A stretch of 25,152 nucleotides of DNA from a virus (Duplodnaviria > Caudoviricetes), in IMG/VR virus record IMGVR_UViG_3300020205_000903, positions 1-25,152 of that record; one strand, 5' to 3'. This document shows, one piece after another, positions 17,468-23,874 of the stretch. A program made the translations under genes and the position numbers. Position 1 is the first letter of the stretch. Each line of letters opens with the position of its first letter. Below the pieces are notes generated by a model that saw nothing but the letters and a program-made list of their open reading frames with translations, was not told where the DNA came from and ran no database searches.

Positions 17468-17548
17468 GAATCTCTGGTATCTCTGAAAGCCTTGTAAATC
17501 ACTCACTTTCGAGAGGGATAAATACCGGCAACACGATCTCGGGAATGG

Positions 17549-17577
17549 TTGAACTCTTGCAGCTCTGGCCTTACCCT
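17549..17577 (+). promoter_or_regulatory. Putative housekeeping-sigma early promoter
   Basis: TTGAAC-17 bp-TACCCT; the predicted start (~17583) coincides with the beginning of the leader hairpin at 17582-17606. Confidence 0.45.
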
Positions 17578-17581
17578 TAGC

Positions 17582-17619
17582 GAGTGGGGGAATCTCTTCC
17601 CCACTCATTACCTACAGAA
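17582..17619 (+). promoter_or_regulatory. Leader cassette 1: hairpin plus ACCTACAGAA start-associated motif
   Basis: GAGTGGGG/CCCCACTC stem, then ACCTACAGAA (17610-17619), GAGG and ATG 17631. Confidence 0.65.
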
Positions 17620-17630
17620 TGAGGCTATAG

Positions 17631-18110
17631 ATGGACATCAAGACCGATTTACCTACTCACCTCGAGGCCAAGAATGCCCTCGATTCTCTTCTCAATTCAT
17701 TCCAAGATTCTCGAATGCTTGAAGAGGTAGCAATAAAGACCGCCACGATTGGAATCTCCGAGAGTGTGCAGATTCGAGACTATGCACTCGGGGCGATTGG
17801 AATCTGTTTAGATTCCGAGGATTCTCTTGCATTCATTACGGCGATTCAATTACTCGGGCAAGATTCGGCAGGACTCGAGGCGATTCGAGGGGCGTATCTT
17901 TACGAGTTGGGGCAGATTGAAGAGGCCAACAAGGCACTCGATAAGGCTCTCGAGTTAGTGAATGGCCACTCTCTCTCCTTGCTTCTCCGCCGAGTTATGT
18001 CGGCAGGTTGGCCACCTGCTTCATTCGCTTCAATGCGTAATCAGTTGCACGGCAAGGTCGAGGCAGGTCTGAAAGACCTCGAAGGGGTGTGTGTGAATGA
18101 AAGTAAGTAA
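17631..18110 (+). CDS. DUF4192-like (TPR-like helical) protein, 159 aa
   Basis: QIRDYALG...YELGQIEEANKALDKAL...HSLSLLLRRVMSAGWPP resembles the C-terminal pattern of actinobacterial DUF4192. Confidence 0.6.
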   Translation: MDIKTDLPTHLEAKNALDSLLNSFQDSRMLEEVAIKTATIGISESVQIRDYALGAIGICLDSEDSLAFITAIQLLGQDSAGLEAIRGAYLYELGQIEEANKALDKALELVNGHSLSLLLRRVMSAGWPPASFASMRNQLHGKVEAGLKDLEGVCVNESK

Positions 18111-18237
18111 TCCGTTTATTACTCTCCTCGATTCTGAAAGTGGCGAGGTCTTAGTCTTCGCCCCTCTTTCCAAGACTCGAATGAATGCCTTAGTGAAGGC
18201 ATACTCGAAGGCAGGTATCGAGGCCGTAATCGCTTAG
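18097..18237 (+). CDS. Hypothetical microprotein, 46 aa (not in ORF track)
   Basis: AAGGGGTG SD; MKVSNPFITLLDSESGEVLVFAPLSKTRMNALVKAYSKAGIEAVIA; ends just before a hairpin. Confidence 0.65.
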   Translation: MKVSNPFITLLDSESGEVLVFAPLSKTRMNALVKAYSKAGIEAVIA

Positions 18238-18249
18238 GCCGTAAAGTGG

Positions 18250-18280
18250 GGGCAAGGCTTTCGGGTCTTGCCCTTGCTTT
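18250..18280 (+). terminator. UUCG-loop hairpin, probable intrinsic terminator or processing site
   Basis: GGGCAAGGCT-TTCG-GGTCTTGCCC followed by TTGCTTT. Confidence 0.6.
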
Positions 18281-18320
18281 ATGTCTAAGGGAATCCCCTA
18301 GACATTCACCACCTACAGAA
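18281..18320 (+). promoter_or_regulatory. Leader cassette 2: hairpin plus ACCTACAGAA
   Basis: ATGTCTAAGGG-AAT-CCCCTAGACAT stem, ACCTACAGAA (18311-18320), AGG and ATG 18330. Confidence 0.65.
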
Positions 18321-18329
18321 AGGCAATAA

Positions 18330-18662
18330 ATGAACACAGAAACCAAGACCCCGAAGAGCGTGGGGTCGTTAGCGTGGAGTGCAGATTCTGCCCCCACTTA
18401 TTGCGAGTCAATCGAATCCCTTTATTCTTGGTCTAGTAATTACCAAGACTTTAGGCCGTTTAGAATGTTCTTAGATCTTGTTGGACATTCTGCCGAGAAT
18501 CTCGGCTCACCTCTTGCAGATTGGAAAGACCCAAGCGAGTCAATGGGTTATGTCGAGTTGGGTAAATTGGGCGAGGCCTTGGCCGAGTGGTCTAATCGCC
18601 CTGAAGATTGTGCAGCTTTTGTCTCCGAGATTCTCGAGGTAGAGAGTGAGTTCGGTCTATGA
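18330..18662 (+). CDS. Hypothetical acidic protein, 110 aa
   Basis: ORF track; GAAAGG SD; ATGA overlap with the next gene. Confidence 0.75.
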   Translation: MNTETKTPKSVGSLAWSADSAPTYCESIESLYSWSSNYQDFRPFRMFLDLVGHSAENLGSPLADWKDPSESMGYVELGKLGEALAEWSNRPEDCAAFVSEILEVESEFGL

Positions 18663-18826
18663 AACTCAATAAAAGAGGCGAGATAGTTCTCGCCGTATCG
18701 CTTGGAATAAATGCTCTATTAGTTGCCGGACTTTTACTGTGGGGAATTGACCACTTGAACTGGGTCGGCGATAGATACTGCTTCAAGAGTTCTATCGAGT
18801 GCTACTTTCCAGAAGAAGGGCGGTAA
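18659..18826 (+). CDS. Single-TM membrane microprotein, 55 aa, with a C-terminal Cys pair (not in ORF track)
   Basis: MKLNKRGEIVLAVSLGINALLVAGLLLWGIDHLNWVGDRYCFKSSIECYFPEEGR; ATGA coupling. Confidence 0.7.
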   Translation: MKLNKRGEIVLAVSLGINALLVAGLLLWGIDHLNWVGDRYCFKSSIECYFPEEGR

Positions 18827-18830
18827 TTAG

Positions 18831-18977
18831 ATGCCTGTTATGTGTGAAGAATGCAAATGCTCTAATTGGTTATGCAACAACTGTGGCGACTACTCGAATG
18901 ATTGCGGTTGCGAGTGCTGTAAATGCGAATGCCAAAAGCGTTCAAGCGGTAAAGACATCAGCGAGGGAGATAAATAA
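18831..18977 (+). CDS. Metallothionein-like Cys-rich microprotein, 48 aa with 11 Cys (not in ORF track)
   Basis: MPVMCEECKCSNWLCNNCGDYSNDCGCECCKCECQKRSSGKDISEGDK; AAGGGCGG SD; abuts both neighbours. Confidence 0.65.
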   Translation: MPVMCEECKCSNWLCNNCGDYSNDCGCECCKCECQKRSSGKDISEGDK

Positions 18978-19088
18978 ATGCCAACGATTCCAACCAAGGC
19001 TAAGTGCCCCGAGTGTTCTCGGGTCTTTGACCTGCTAGATGATAACGATTCACAAGAGTGGGCTTATGGCCACGATTGCGAGGTGTAA
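18978..19088 (+). CDS. CxxC...HxC zinc-finger microprotein, 36 aa (not in ORF track)
   Basis: MPTIPTKAKCPECSRVFDLLDDNDSQEWAYGHDCEV; GAGGGAG SD. Confidence 0.7.
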   Translation: MPTIPTKAKCPECSRVFDLLDDNDSQEWAYGHDCEV

Positions 19089-19090
19089 TT

Positions 19091-19189
19091 GTGGTGATGA
19101 CTATTCACGCAGGTGATTGCTCAACCGAGTGCCCGATTTGTGTGGCGAATTGTGATTGCAATAAGTGCAGAGAGGGGGTGATTCAATGA
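19091..19189 (+). CDS. Cys-rich microprotein, 32 aa with 6 Cys and 1 His (not in ORF track)
   Basis: GAGGTG SD, GTG start (or ATG 19097): MVMTIHAGDCSTECPICVANCDCNKCREGVIQ; ATGA overlap with the next gene. Confidence 0.6.
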   Translation: MVMTIHAGDCSTECPICVANCDCNKCREGVIQ

Positions 19190-19353
19190 CAGTTCATAAG
19201 ACTTGGGTCGTAATTTATTCAAGCGACCCACTCGCTAACCACGATCTAGCAACAAGGCTCGAAGGCCTTGAGTGGTGGATTACCGATAGACATAACGCTG
19301 AAGAAAGCAAGACAGCGACCAAGATGATTGACCTTACGCAGCTAAAAGATTAG
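19186..19353 (+). CDS. Hypothetical protein, 55 aa (start revised to ATG 19186)
   Basis: GAGGGGGTG SD; ATGA coupling. Confidence 0.7.
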   Translation: MTVHKTWVVIYSSDPLANHDLATRLEGLEWWITDRHNAEESKTATKMIDLTQLKD

Positions 19354-19359
19354 CGACCT

Positions 19360-19423
19360 ATAGGGCAGGGGATTTATTCCCTGCCTTATGGGGTGTTCAT
19401 CTGAACATCAACAACCTACGGAA
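19360..19423 (+). promoter_or_regulatory. Leader cassette 3: two hairpins plus ACCTACGGAA
   Basis: ATAGGGCAGGGGA-TTTA-TTCCCTGCCTTAT, then GGTGTTCA/TGAACATC, then ACCTACGGAA (19414-19423) and ATG 19434. Confidence 0.6.
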
Positions 19424-19433
19424 AGATAGATAA

Positions 19434-19850
19434 ATGAAAGAGTTCGAGATACTAACAAGCGAAGAATGGGAGTATTCAAGAAGTGTTACCTTTATTATTG
19501 AAGGCGAGACTTATCAACTTGATACTTTCATAGGTAAGCACAGTTGTGAGAATCAACTATGGAAAGACGGCAAGAAGATTGAAGTTCCCGAGTCTTGGAT
19601 TGACGAAGGCGAAGAGTCTTGGGACTTTATGTGTGAGATTGACTACGCTGGATACGATTTAGAAGTCAAGCGTTATCTACTTGCTAATAAAAAAGAAGAG
19701 AACGAAAAGAGCTTCGACTGGCTATGCACTAAGGTCTTAGAGATTCTGCCTAATGCAACCTTTGGCCAAGATAATGACGGCCAAGTAATTATCTACACCG
19801 ATCTAACAGAAGATGAGACTGGCACACTCAAGAAGTTAGAGGTGGAGTAA
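19434..19850 (+). CDS. Hypothetical acidic protein, 138 aa
   Basis: ORF track; TAATG coupling with the next gene. Confidence 0.75.
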   Translation: MKEFEILTSEEWEYSRSVTFIIEGETYQLDTFIGKHSCENQLWKDGKKIEVPESWIDEGEESWDFMCEIDYAGYDLEVKRYLLANKKEENEKSFDWLCTKVLEILPNATFGQDNDGQVIIYTDLTEDETGTLKKLEVE

Positions 19851-20074
19851 TGACTACTCAAGACCCAATGTTCGCCCCTTACTACTCAACCGACTTGGAC
19901 ATTCCGATTGTCCAAATCTATGCGAAGAATAAACATCACGCTGAGGCAATTATCAACGAGTTCATAGATAAAATCGCTGAGATTATGTCGGACAAGATTC
20001 GCTGGAATGAATGTGATTGGCGGATTGAAGAGAATGTCTATGACGAAACCAAGGGTGAATGGGTGGTCTCATAA
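19850..20074 (+). CDS. Hypothetical protein, 74 aa
   Basis: ORF track; GAGGTGGAG SD; TAATG coupling at both ends. Confidence 0.75.
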   Translation: MTTQDPMFAPYYSTDLDIPIVQIYAKNKHHAEAIINEFIDKIAEIMSDKIRWNECDWRIEENVYDETKGEWVVS

Positions 20075-20253
20075 TGAGATACACAATTACCTTGGAATTC
20101 ATAACAGATAGAGAACTTGATAGAAACGAGTTCGATACACTCACCGATTCTTTACTCTTACAGATTGAAGAACCTGTCAATCGTGCTGGTAATGATGAGG
20201 AATACACAACCCGAGAAGGCAAGATTGCAGGGTGGTTCAATGAAAAACTCTGA
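20074..20253 (+). CDS. Hypothetical protein, 59 aa (start revised to ATG 20074)
   Basis: TAATG coupling; GGGTGG SD-like sequence. Confidence 0.7.
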   Translation: MRYTITLEFITDRELDRNEFDTLTDSLLLQIEEPVNRAGNDEEYTTREGKIAGWFNEKL

Positions 20254-20482
20254 GAAGGAGTATTGCGATAGGTGTAAGGTTGAAGAGAATCACCTATCGG
20301 ACATTGAATGCTTGGCTTACGAGAGTGAGTCAATCTCGTGGGGTGAGTTAGCAGAACTAACTCATAAGACTCAGGTAATGAGGTTTGGATTCTGTATGTG
20401 TGAAGATAATGAGGGCAACAAGAACCCTTACTCAGACTGTCCAGAACCAAGAGTCCGAGTGCTAAGAGAGGTGGAGTTATGA
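20240..20482 (+). CDS. Cys/His-containing hypothetical protein, 80 aa (start revised to ATG 20240)
   Basis: MKNSEKEYCDRCKVEENH...C...H...FCMCED...PYSDCP; AGGGTGG SD. Confidence 0.7.
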   Translation: MKNSEKEYCDRCKVEENHLSDIECLAYESESISWGELAELTHKTQVMRFGFCMCEDNEGNKNPYSDCPEPRVRVLREVEL

Positions 20483-20616
20483 CTACTGGCCTAGCCTGTG
20501 TTCCCTCTGAAGAGTGGGTATGGACTGACTGCGACATCAAGGGTCACGAAGAGGGTTGCTTTATGGCAACCTGCCCTGCGTGTGGCACTACCGATAGAGA
20601 TTGCGAGTATAAGTGA
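20479..20616 (+). CDS. Cys-rich microprotein, 45 aa with 6 Cys and 1 His (not in ORF track)
   Basis: MTTGLACVPSEEWVWTDCDIKGHEEGCFMATCPACGTTDRDCEYK; GAGGTGGAG SD; ATGA and TGATG overlaps. Confidence 0.7.
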   Translation: MTTGLACVPSEEWVWTDCDIKGHEEGCFMATCPACGTTDRDCEYK

Positions 20617-20759
20617 TGAGAGATTATGAACTTATCGAGGCTATCGAGAAGGTGGTCGCTACTGATGGCGAAGAAATGACTGACGGCGAGTGCTTGGATC
20701 AAGTAATCGAGTTAGTCAATGAATACAAGAGCTTCAATTTCGAGAGTAAGGGGGTCTAA
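20616..20759 (+). CDS. Acidic microprotein, 47 aa (not in ORF track)
   Basis: MRDYELIEAIEKVVATDGEEMTDGECLDQVIELVNEYKSFNFESKGV; TGATG coupling. Confidence 0.7.
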   Translation: MRDYELIEAIEKVVATDGEEMTDGECLDQVIELVNEYKSFNFESKGV

Positions 20760-20888
20760 TTGGTAGGCTTTGTCCTAGTCATACTCTTATTCTTCACTCT
20801 CCCTGTAGGGATAGCAGAGAATCAACCGCTACTAATAGCGATACCGATACTGGGGCTGGTAACAGCCCTACTGTGGAAGGAGAAGTAA
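20760..20888 (+). CDS. Two-TM membrane microprotein, 42 aa, TTG start (not in ORF track)
   Basis: AAGGGGG SD; MVGFVLVILLFFTLPVGIAENQPLLIAIPILGLVTALLWKEK; TAATG coupling to the Rpf-like gene. Confidence 0.6.
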   Translation: MVGFVLVILLFFTLPVGIAENQPLLIAIPILGLVTALLWKEK

Positions 20889-21292
20889 TGCATCACCGAT
20901 TCATAATCGGACTGGTGGCTTTGGGGTTGGCGATTTCGCTGACCCCAAACGCCCCAATCCACCTCGAAGTAAAACCTGTAGAGGTAATCCCAAAAGTCGT
21001 GGAGATTCCGGATTTATCTTTGGATCAACTACCTTTATCGTGGCAAAAATTGGCTATGTGTGAATCCTCTGGTCGAGTCAATGCTGTCAGCGGCAAACGC
21101 AAACAGTTCCAAGGGCTATTCCAGATCGAGTATCCCCGGACTTGGGTTGCACATGGTGGCAGCAGCGGCAAACCACCCAAGGATTCCACCATACTTGAGC
21201 AGTTCTATGTAGCTCTTCACATCTATGTTGATCGAGGCTCTAAGCCTTGGCCTTACTGTGGCAAATTCCTAAAGGAAGACTACGGCAAGTAA
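20888..21292 (+). CDS. Resuscitation-promoting factor (Rpf)-like lytic transglycosylase with an N-terminal signal/anchor
   Basis: WQKLAMCESSG...GLFQI...TWVAHGG...EQ...WPYC follows the Rpf domain pattern with the catalytic Glu and both Cys; hydrophobic N-terminus; AAGGAG SD before ATG 20888. Confidence 0.85.
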   Translation: MHHRFIIGLVALGLAISLTPNAPIHLEVKPVEVIPKVVEIPDLSLDQLPLSWQKLAMCESSGRVNAVSGKRKQFQGLFQIEYPRTWVAHGGSSGKPPKDSTILEQFYVALHIYVDRGSKPWPYCGKFLKEDYGK

Positions 21293-21293
21293 C

Positions 21294-21321
21294 TTGACAA
21301 TGCCGACAGCGGCATTAAACT
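21294..21321 (+). promoter_or_regulatory. Near-consensus sigma70-type promoter with a palindromic spacer
   Basis: TTGACA-16 bp-TAAACT; the spacer carries the inverted repeat AATGCCG-ACAG-CGGCATT (21299-21316). Confidence 0.65.
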
Positions 21322-21327
21322 AAAACC

Positions 21328-21372
21328 ACTAAGACCCCTCCGGACTGTAGGCCGTGAGGGGCTTAGTCTTTT
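21328..21372 (+). ncRNA. Putative ~45-nt hairpin small RNA that is also the bidirectional terminator between the converging operons
   Basis: ACTAAG-A-CCCCTC-CGG-[ACTGTAGG]-CCG-T-GAGGGG-CTTAGT-CTTTT; begins 7 nt after the -10 box; the loop is complementary to CCTACAG. Confidence 0.55.
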
Positions 21373-21555
21373 CTAACCTCTTGGATTTTCTACTGAGTAG
21401 AAACCAGTAGCCTTGAACACCGTAGGTGTTGGACTCCATACTCGAGTCATCATCAAGCCACAGTCACACTTAGGTGGTGCTTCTTCTTCTGTCATCTTGC
21501 GTTCGATCTCTACTTTGACAGCACAGTTAGTGCAACTGTATTCATATGTTGCCAT
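21373..21555 (-). CDS. FmdB-family zinc-ribbon protein
   Basis: MATYEYSCTNC...PKCDCG..MTRVWS...FKATGFYS pattern. Confidence 0.85.
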   Translation of the reverse strand: MATYEYSCTNCAVKVEIERKMTEEEAPPKCDCGLMMTRVWSPTPTVFKATGFYSVENPRG

Positions 21556-22216
21556 CTGTATCCCTTATCTGTTCACCAATAAACTTTGTATATGCAGGTG
21601 GTATTGATTCCTTTAATGCTTGCCACTTCAGCCAGTCAATCCCCATTGCATCTCTTGCCTCTTCAATACTTGTGGCAACACGACCACCATACACATACTT
21701 ACCTGTGCTTTTATCTACACCTTGAGGCTGGTCTCCCATTGCACCATACACACCTACTGGTTTGCCCTGTTCTTTGTGATTACAGGGCAAGGTATGTAAC
21801 TCCACATTACTCTCGAAAATTCTGTGTCGTCTAACCTTCAGCCCAAATGATGATCCGCATAGGGTTATGCCATCCATTGGTGCATCGGGAACATTCTCCA
21901 TAACATAGATACCACCCCACTCAATCAATGCTTCTCGTGTTGCAGCTACTAGATCTGGCTTTGATGTCTCGTTACCTTGTGCCTTCATCAAGTGCCTTGC
22001 TCTGGTAAATACCTGACAAGGTGGGCTGGCATGGATAACATCAAACCGAGACAGGAACTCTTTGTCCTTTAGTATCTCCATGGCATCTCCTGTTATCTGC
22101 TCGAAGGGATACTCAGCACGATGTTTTATATCAACGCCGGTTACTTCATAACCTGCTTGGTGATACCCCATTGAGGCACCACCTCCACCACAGAACAAGT
22201 CCAGTAATTTAGCCAT
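21542..22216 (-). CDS. C5 DNA cytosine methyltransferase (compact phage type)
   Basis: Motif I LDLFCGGGG, motif IV SPPCQ, motif VI ENV, motif VIII RRHR, motif X-like ESIPP. Confidence 0.88.
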   Translation of the reverse strand: MAKLLDLFCGGGGASMGYHQAGYEVTGVDIKHRAEYPFEQITGDAMEILKDKEFLSRFDVIHASPPCQVFTRARHLMKAQGNETSKPDLVAATREALIEWGGIYVMENVPDAPMDGITLCGSSFGLKVRRHRIFESNVELHTLPCNHKEQGKPVGVYGAMGDQPQGVDKSTGKYVYGGRVATSIEEARDAMGIDWLKWQALKESIPPAYTKFIGEQIRDTDGNI

Positions 22217-22692
22217 TAGTTATTGTAACTCCCTCTGAATTTTCTTAGGTTCTCTTCTGGTACGCAATAGATCTCTGGTCTCTTCCAGTCAGGTTTGTCC
22301 AACCACTCCGGGTTCTTAGCTTCTGCACCCATGATCCAACCAATCAGCTCGTAGTTAGGCATACCACCTCTAACCAATACAAACTTCACATCATCCTTTG
22401 CATCAGGTCTAACAAGTAACCTGCCTTGCTCGTGCTTCGTATACTTAACATCAATGTTCGGTTCAATATCTACACCACCTTGACCGAAGGCACCGCCCCA
22501 GTAGACACCAAGATACTTAGCTACTGCTATCTCAGCACCGGCACCATCAACATCAAGAAGGATTCTCTGCCATGCATCCATGTCCTGTAGTCCACGCATC
22601 TGTTGGTTCTTCATTGTAGATACATAGCGTTCAATCGCTGTGTTAGCAGCGAGAACTACTTCGTATCTCTCAAGTATTATCTTTAGACCCAA
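22216..22692 (-). CDS. Hypothetical protein, possible PD-(D/E)xK nuclease-like fold
   Basis: GAGAEIAVAKYL...VD...IDVK pattern; coupled to neighbouring genes. Confidence 0.55.
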   Translation of the reverse strand: MGLKIILERYEVVLAANTAIERYVSTMKNQQMRGLQDMDAWQRILLDVDGAGAEIAVAKYLGVYWGGAFGQGGVDIEPNIDVKYTKHEQGRLLVRPDAKDDVKFVLVRGGMPNYELIGWIMGAEAKNPEWLDKPDWKRPEIYCVPEENLRKFRGSYNN

Positions 22693-23339
22693 GGGGTTGG
22701 CCCTCCTAAATGATCGATGATCTTTCTTAGTGAGCCTTGTATCTTTCTATCTACTGTTGAATCACTTATGCCCATCTCTTCTGCTATCTCGGATAGAGTC
22801 ATTGGGTTATTGGAATACCTATTGCGTAACATCACCTGCTCATCTGCCTGTAGCAGATCTATTGCAGATCTAATATCAATTACTACAGCCAAGATATTGC
22901 CACCCTCACTTGGAACTGATGGCTTGCGTGGGGTGCCATCATCTACCTTGTCAACCATTACTGCACCGTATGAATCAAACTCAAATGCAACTGGCAACAT
23001 CTTGGCTATCGTTATCGTGTCGTAGAAGAACTCATCGCCGGTTGAATAGCCCAGCTTTGCGGCCTTCTCTTTGCGAGAATACTTCTCAATAGTCCTGCGG
23101 AATCGTGCCATGATCCGTCTTGCTACCCACTTAGTCTCATCCTTGCTTACCTCATAAGCCTCATCTAACATTTTCGCTAAGTGAGGTCGCTTAAGAACAT
23201 AGACTCGAAGCTCTTGAATGAGATCTTCTTTCTCTACATAGCCAGCAAATCTGCGATGGATGTGTGATGCAGATATATGCAACAGATCTTCGAGATGTTC
23301 TGCGGATCTATCTAAGCGATCATAGTCAGCAGAACTCAC
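22683..23339 (-). CDS. Phage sigma-70-like factor (region 4 HTH)
   Basis: EDLIQE region-2-like segment; C-terminal MTLSEIAEEMGISDSTVDRKIQGSLRKI HTH; GTGA coupling. Confidence 0.75.
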   Translation of the reverse strand: MSSADYDRLDRSAEHLEDLLHISASHIHRRFAGYVEKEDLIQELRVYVLKRPHLAKMLDEAYEVSKDETKWVARRIMARFRRTIEKYSRKEKAAKLGYSTGDEFFYDTITIAKMLPVAFEFDSYGAVMVDKVDDGTPRKPSVPSEGGNILAVVIDIRSAIDLLQADEQVMLRNRYSNNPMTLSEIAEEMGISDSTVDRKIQGSLRKIIDHLGGPTPWV

Positions 23340-23437
23340 TCATCATCCTCGAGTTCTACTATCGCATCCATTACAAACTTGGCAACGAATGCCATCAATG
23401 TAATTACAAGAATTGCTAATAAAAAAAATTTCCTCAC
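23336..23437 (-). CDS. Single-TM microprotein, 33 aa (not in ORF track)
   Basis: MRKFFLLAILVITLMAFVAKFVMDAIVELEDDE; GTGA overlaps at both ends exactly bridge the gap. Confidence 0.7.
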   Translation of the reverse strand: MRKFFLLAILVITLMAFVAKFVMDAIVELEDDE

Positions 23438-23874
23438 TTGTTCTCCGGCCATGTGCCACGAGTAACCATCATGGCAATGATGCAATAGTTAGCCAGATCC
23501 TTGAATGAATCCTCAATGGATTCGTGCTGTGGTGCATGACCAGATGCTAGTAAGTTCTTAAGTCTTTCAAACTTGTCACCCATACGAACCATCAACCCAT
23601 TGATAGGGCCACCGTATGCATTGTTGATATTGCCCGGGCCGTAGTCTCTTTGCTTAGAGATCAGTAGATTGCCAAGCTCATCGATAACATCCCATGAGTC
23701 AGCAACGAACTGATTCATCACCGGGTCTGCGGTAGTTGAACTACTATCTCGAGGGCCAAAGGCTGACTTGGGTCTGGCTTTAGGCTTAGGATTTTTAGGC
23801 CCAAGCTTTCCAGTAAGTCTTTCAAACTCTGCATCGTCATTGGATCTACGGATTCCATCCTCATACACGCTCAT
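23434..23874 (-). CDS. DUF1599 / nucleotide-modification-associated domain 1 protein
   Basis: KQRDYGPGNI...RMGDKFERLKNL...ESIEDSFKDLANYCII pattern. Confidence 0.8.
   Translation of the reverse strand: MSVYEDGIRRSNDDAEFERLTGKLGPKNPKPKARPKSAFGPRDSSSTTADPVMNQFVADSWDVIDELGNLLISKQRDYGPGNINNAYGGPINGLMVRMGDKFERLKNLLASGHAPQHESIEDSFKDLANYCIIAMMVTRGTWPENK

Noticed and set aside
16805-17608. ORFs 16805..17023 (+), 17291..17608 (-) and 17302..17502 (-)
   Set aside because: They run through palindromes and short repeats, give low-complexity translations and have no convincing RBS. The region is better explained as non-coding control DNA.
18799-19038. ORF-track 79-aa ORF (MLLSRRRAVIRC...)
   Set aside because: It overlaps three better-supported microgenes that have SDs and coupled junctions.
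19983-20540. 185-aa minus-strand ORF in the early region
   Set aside because: It is antisense to a tightly coupled plus-strand gene chain and is Ser/Leu/Pro-rich like a shadow ORF.
23421-23428. A8 tract as a phase-variation switch
   Set aside because: It is short, encodes Phe-Phe-Leu in a TM peptide whose frame is intact, and a single sequence gives no evidence of length variation.
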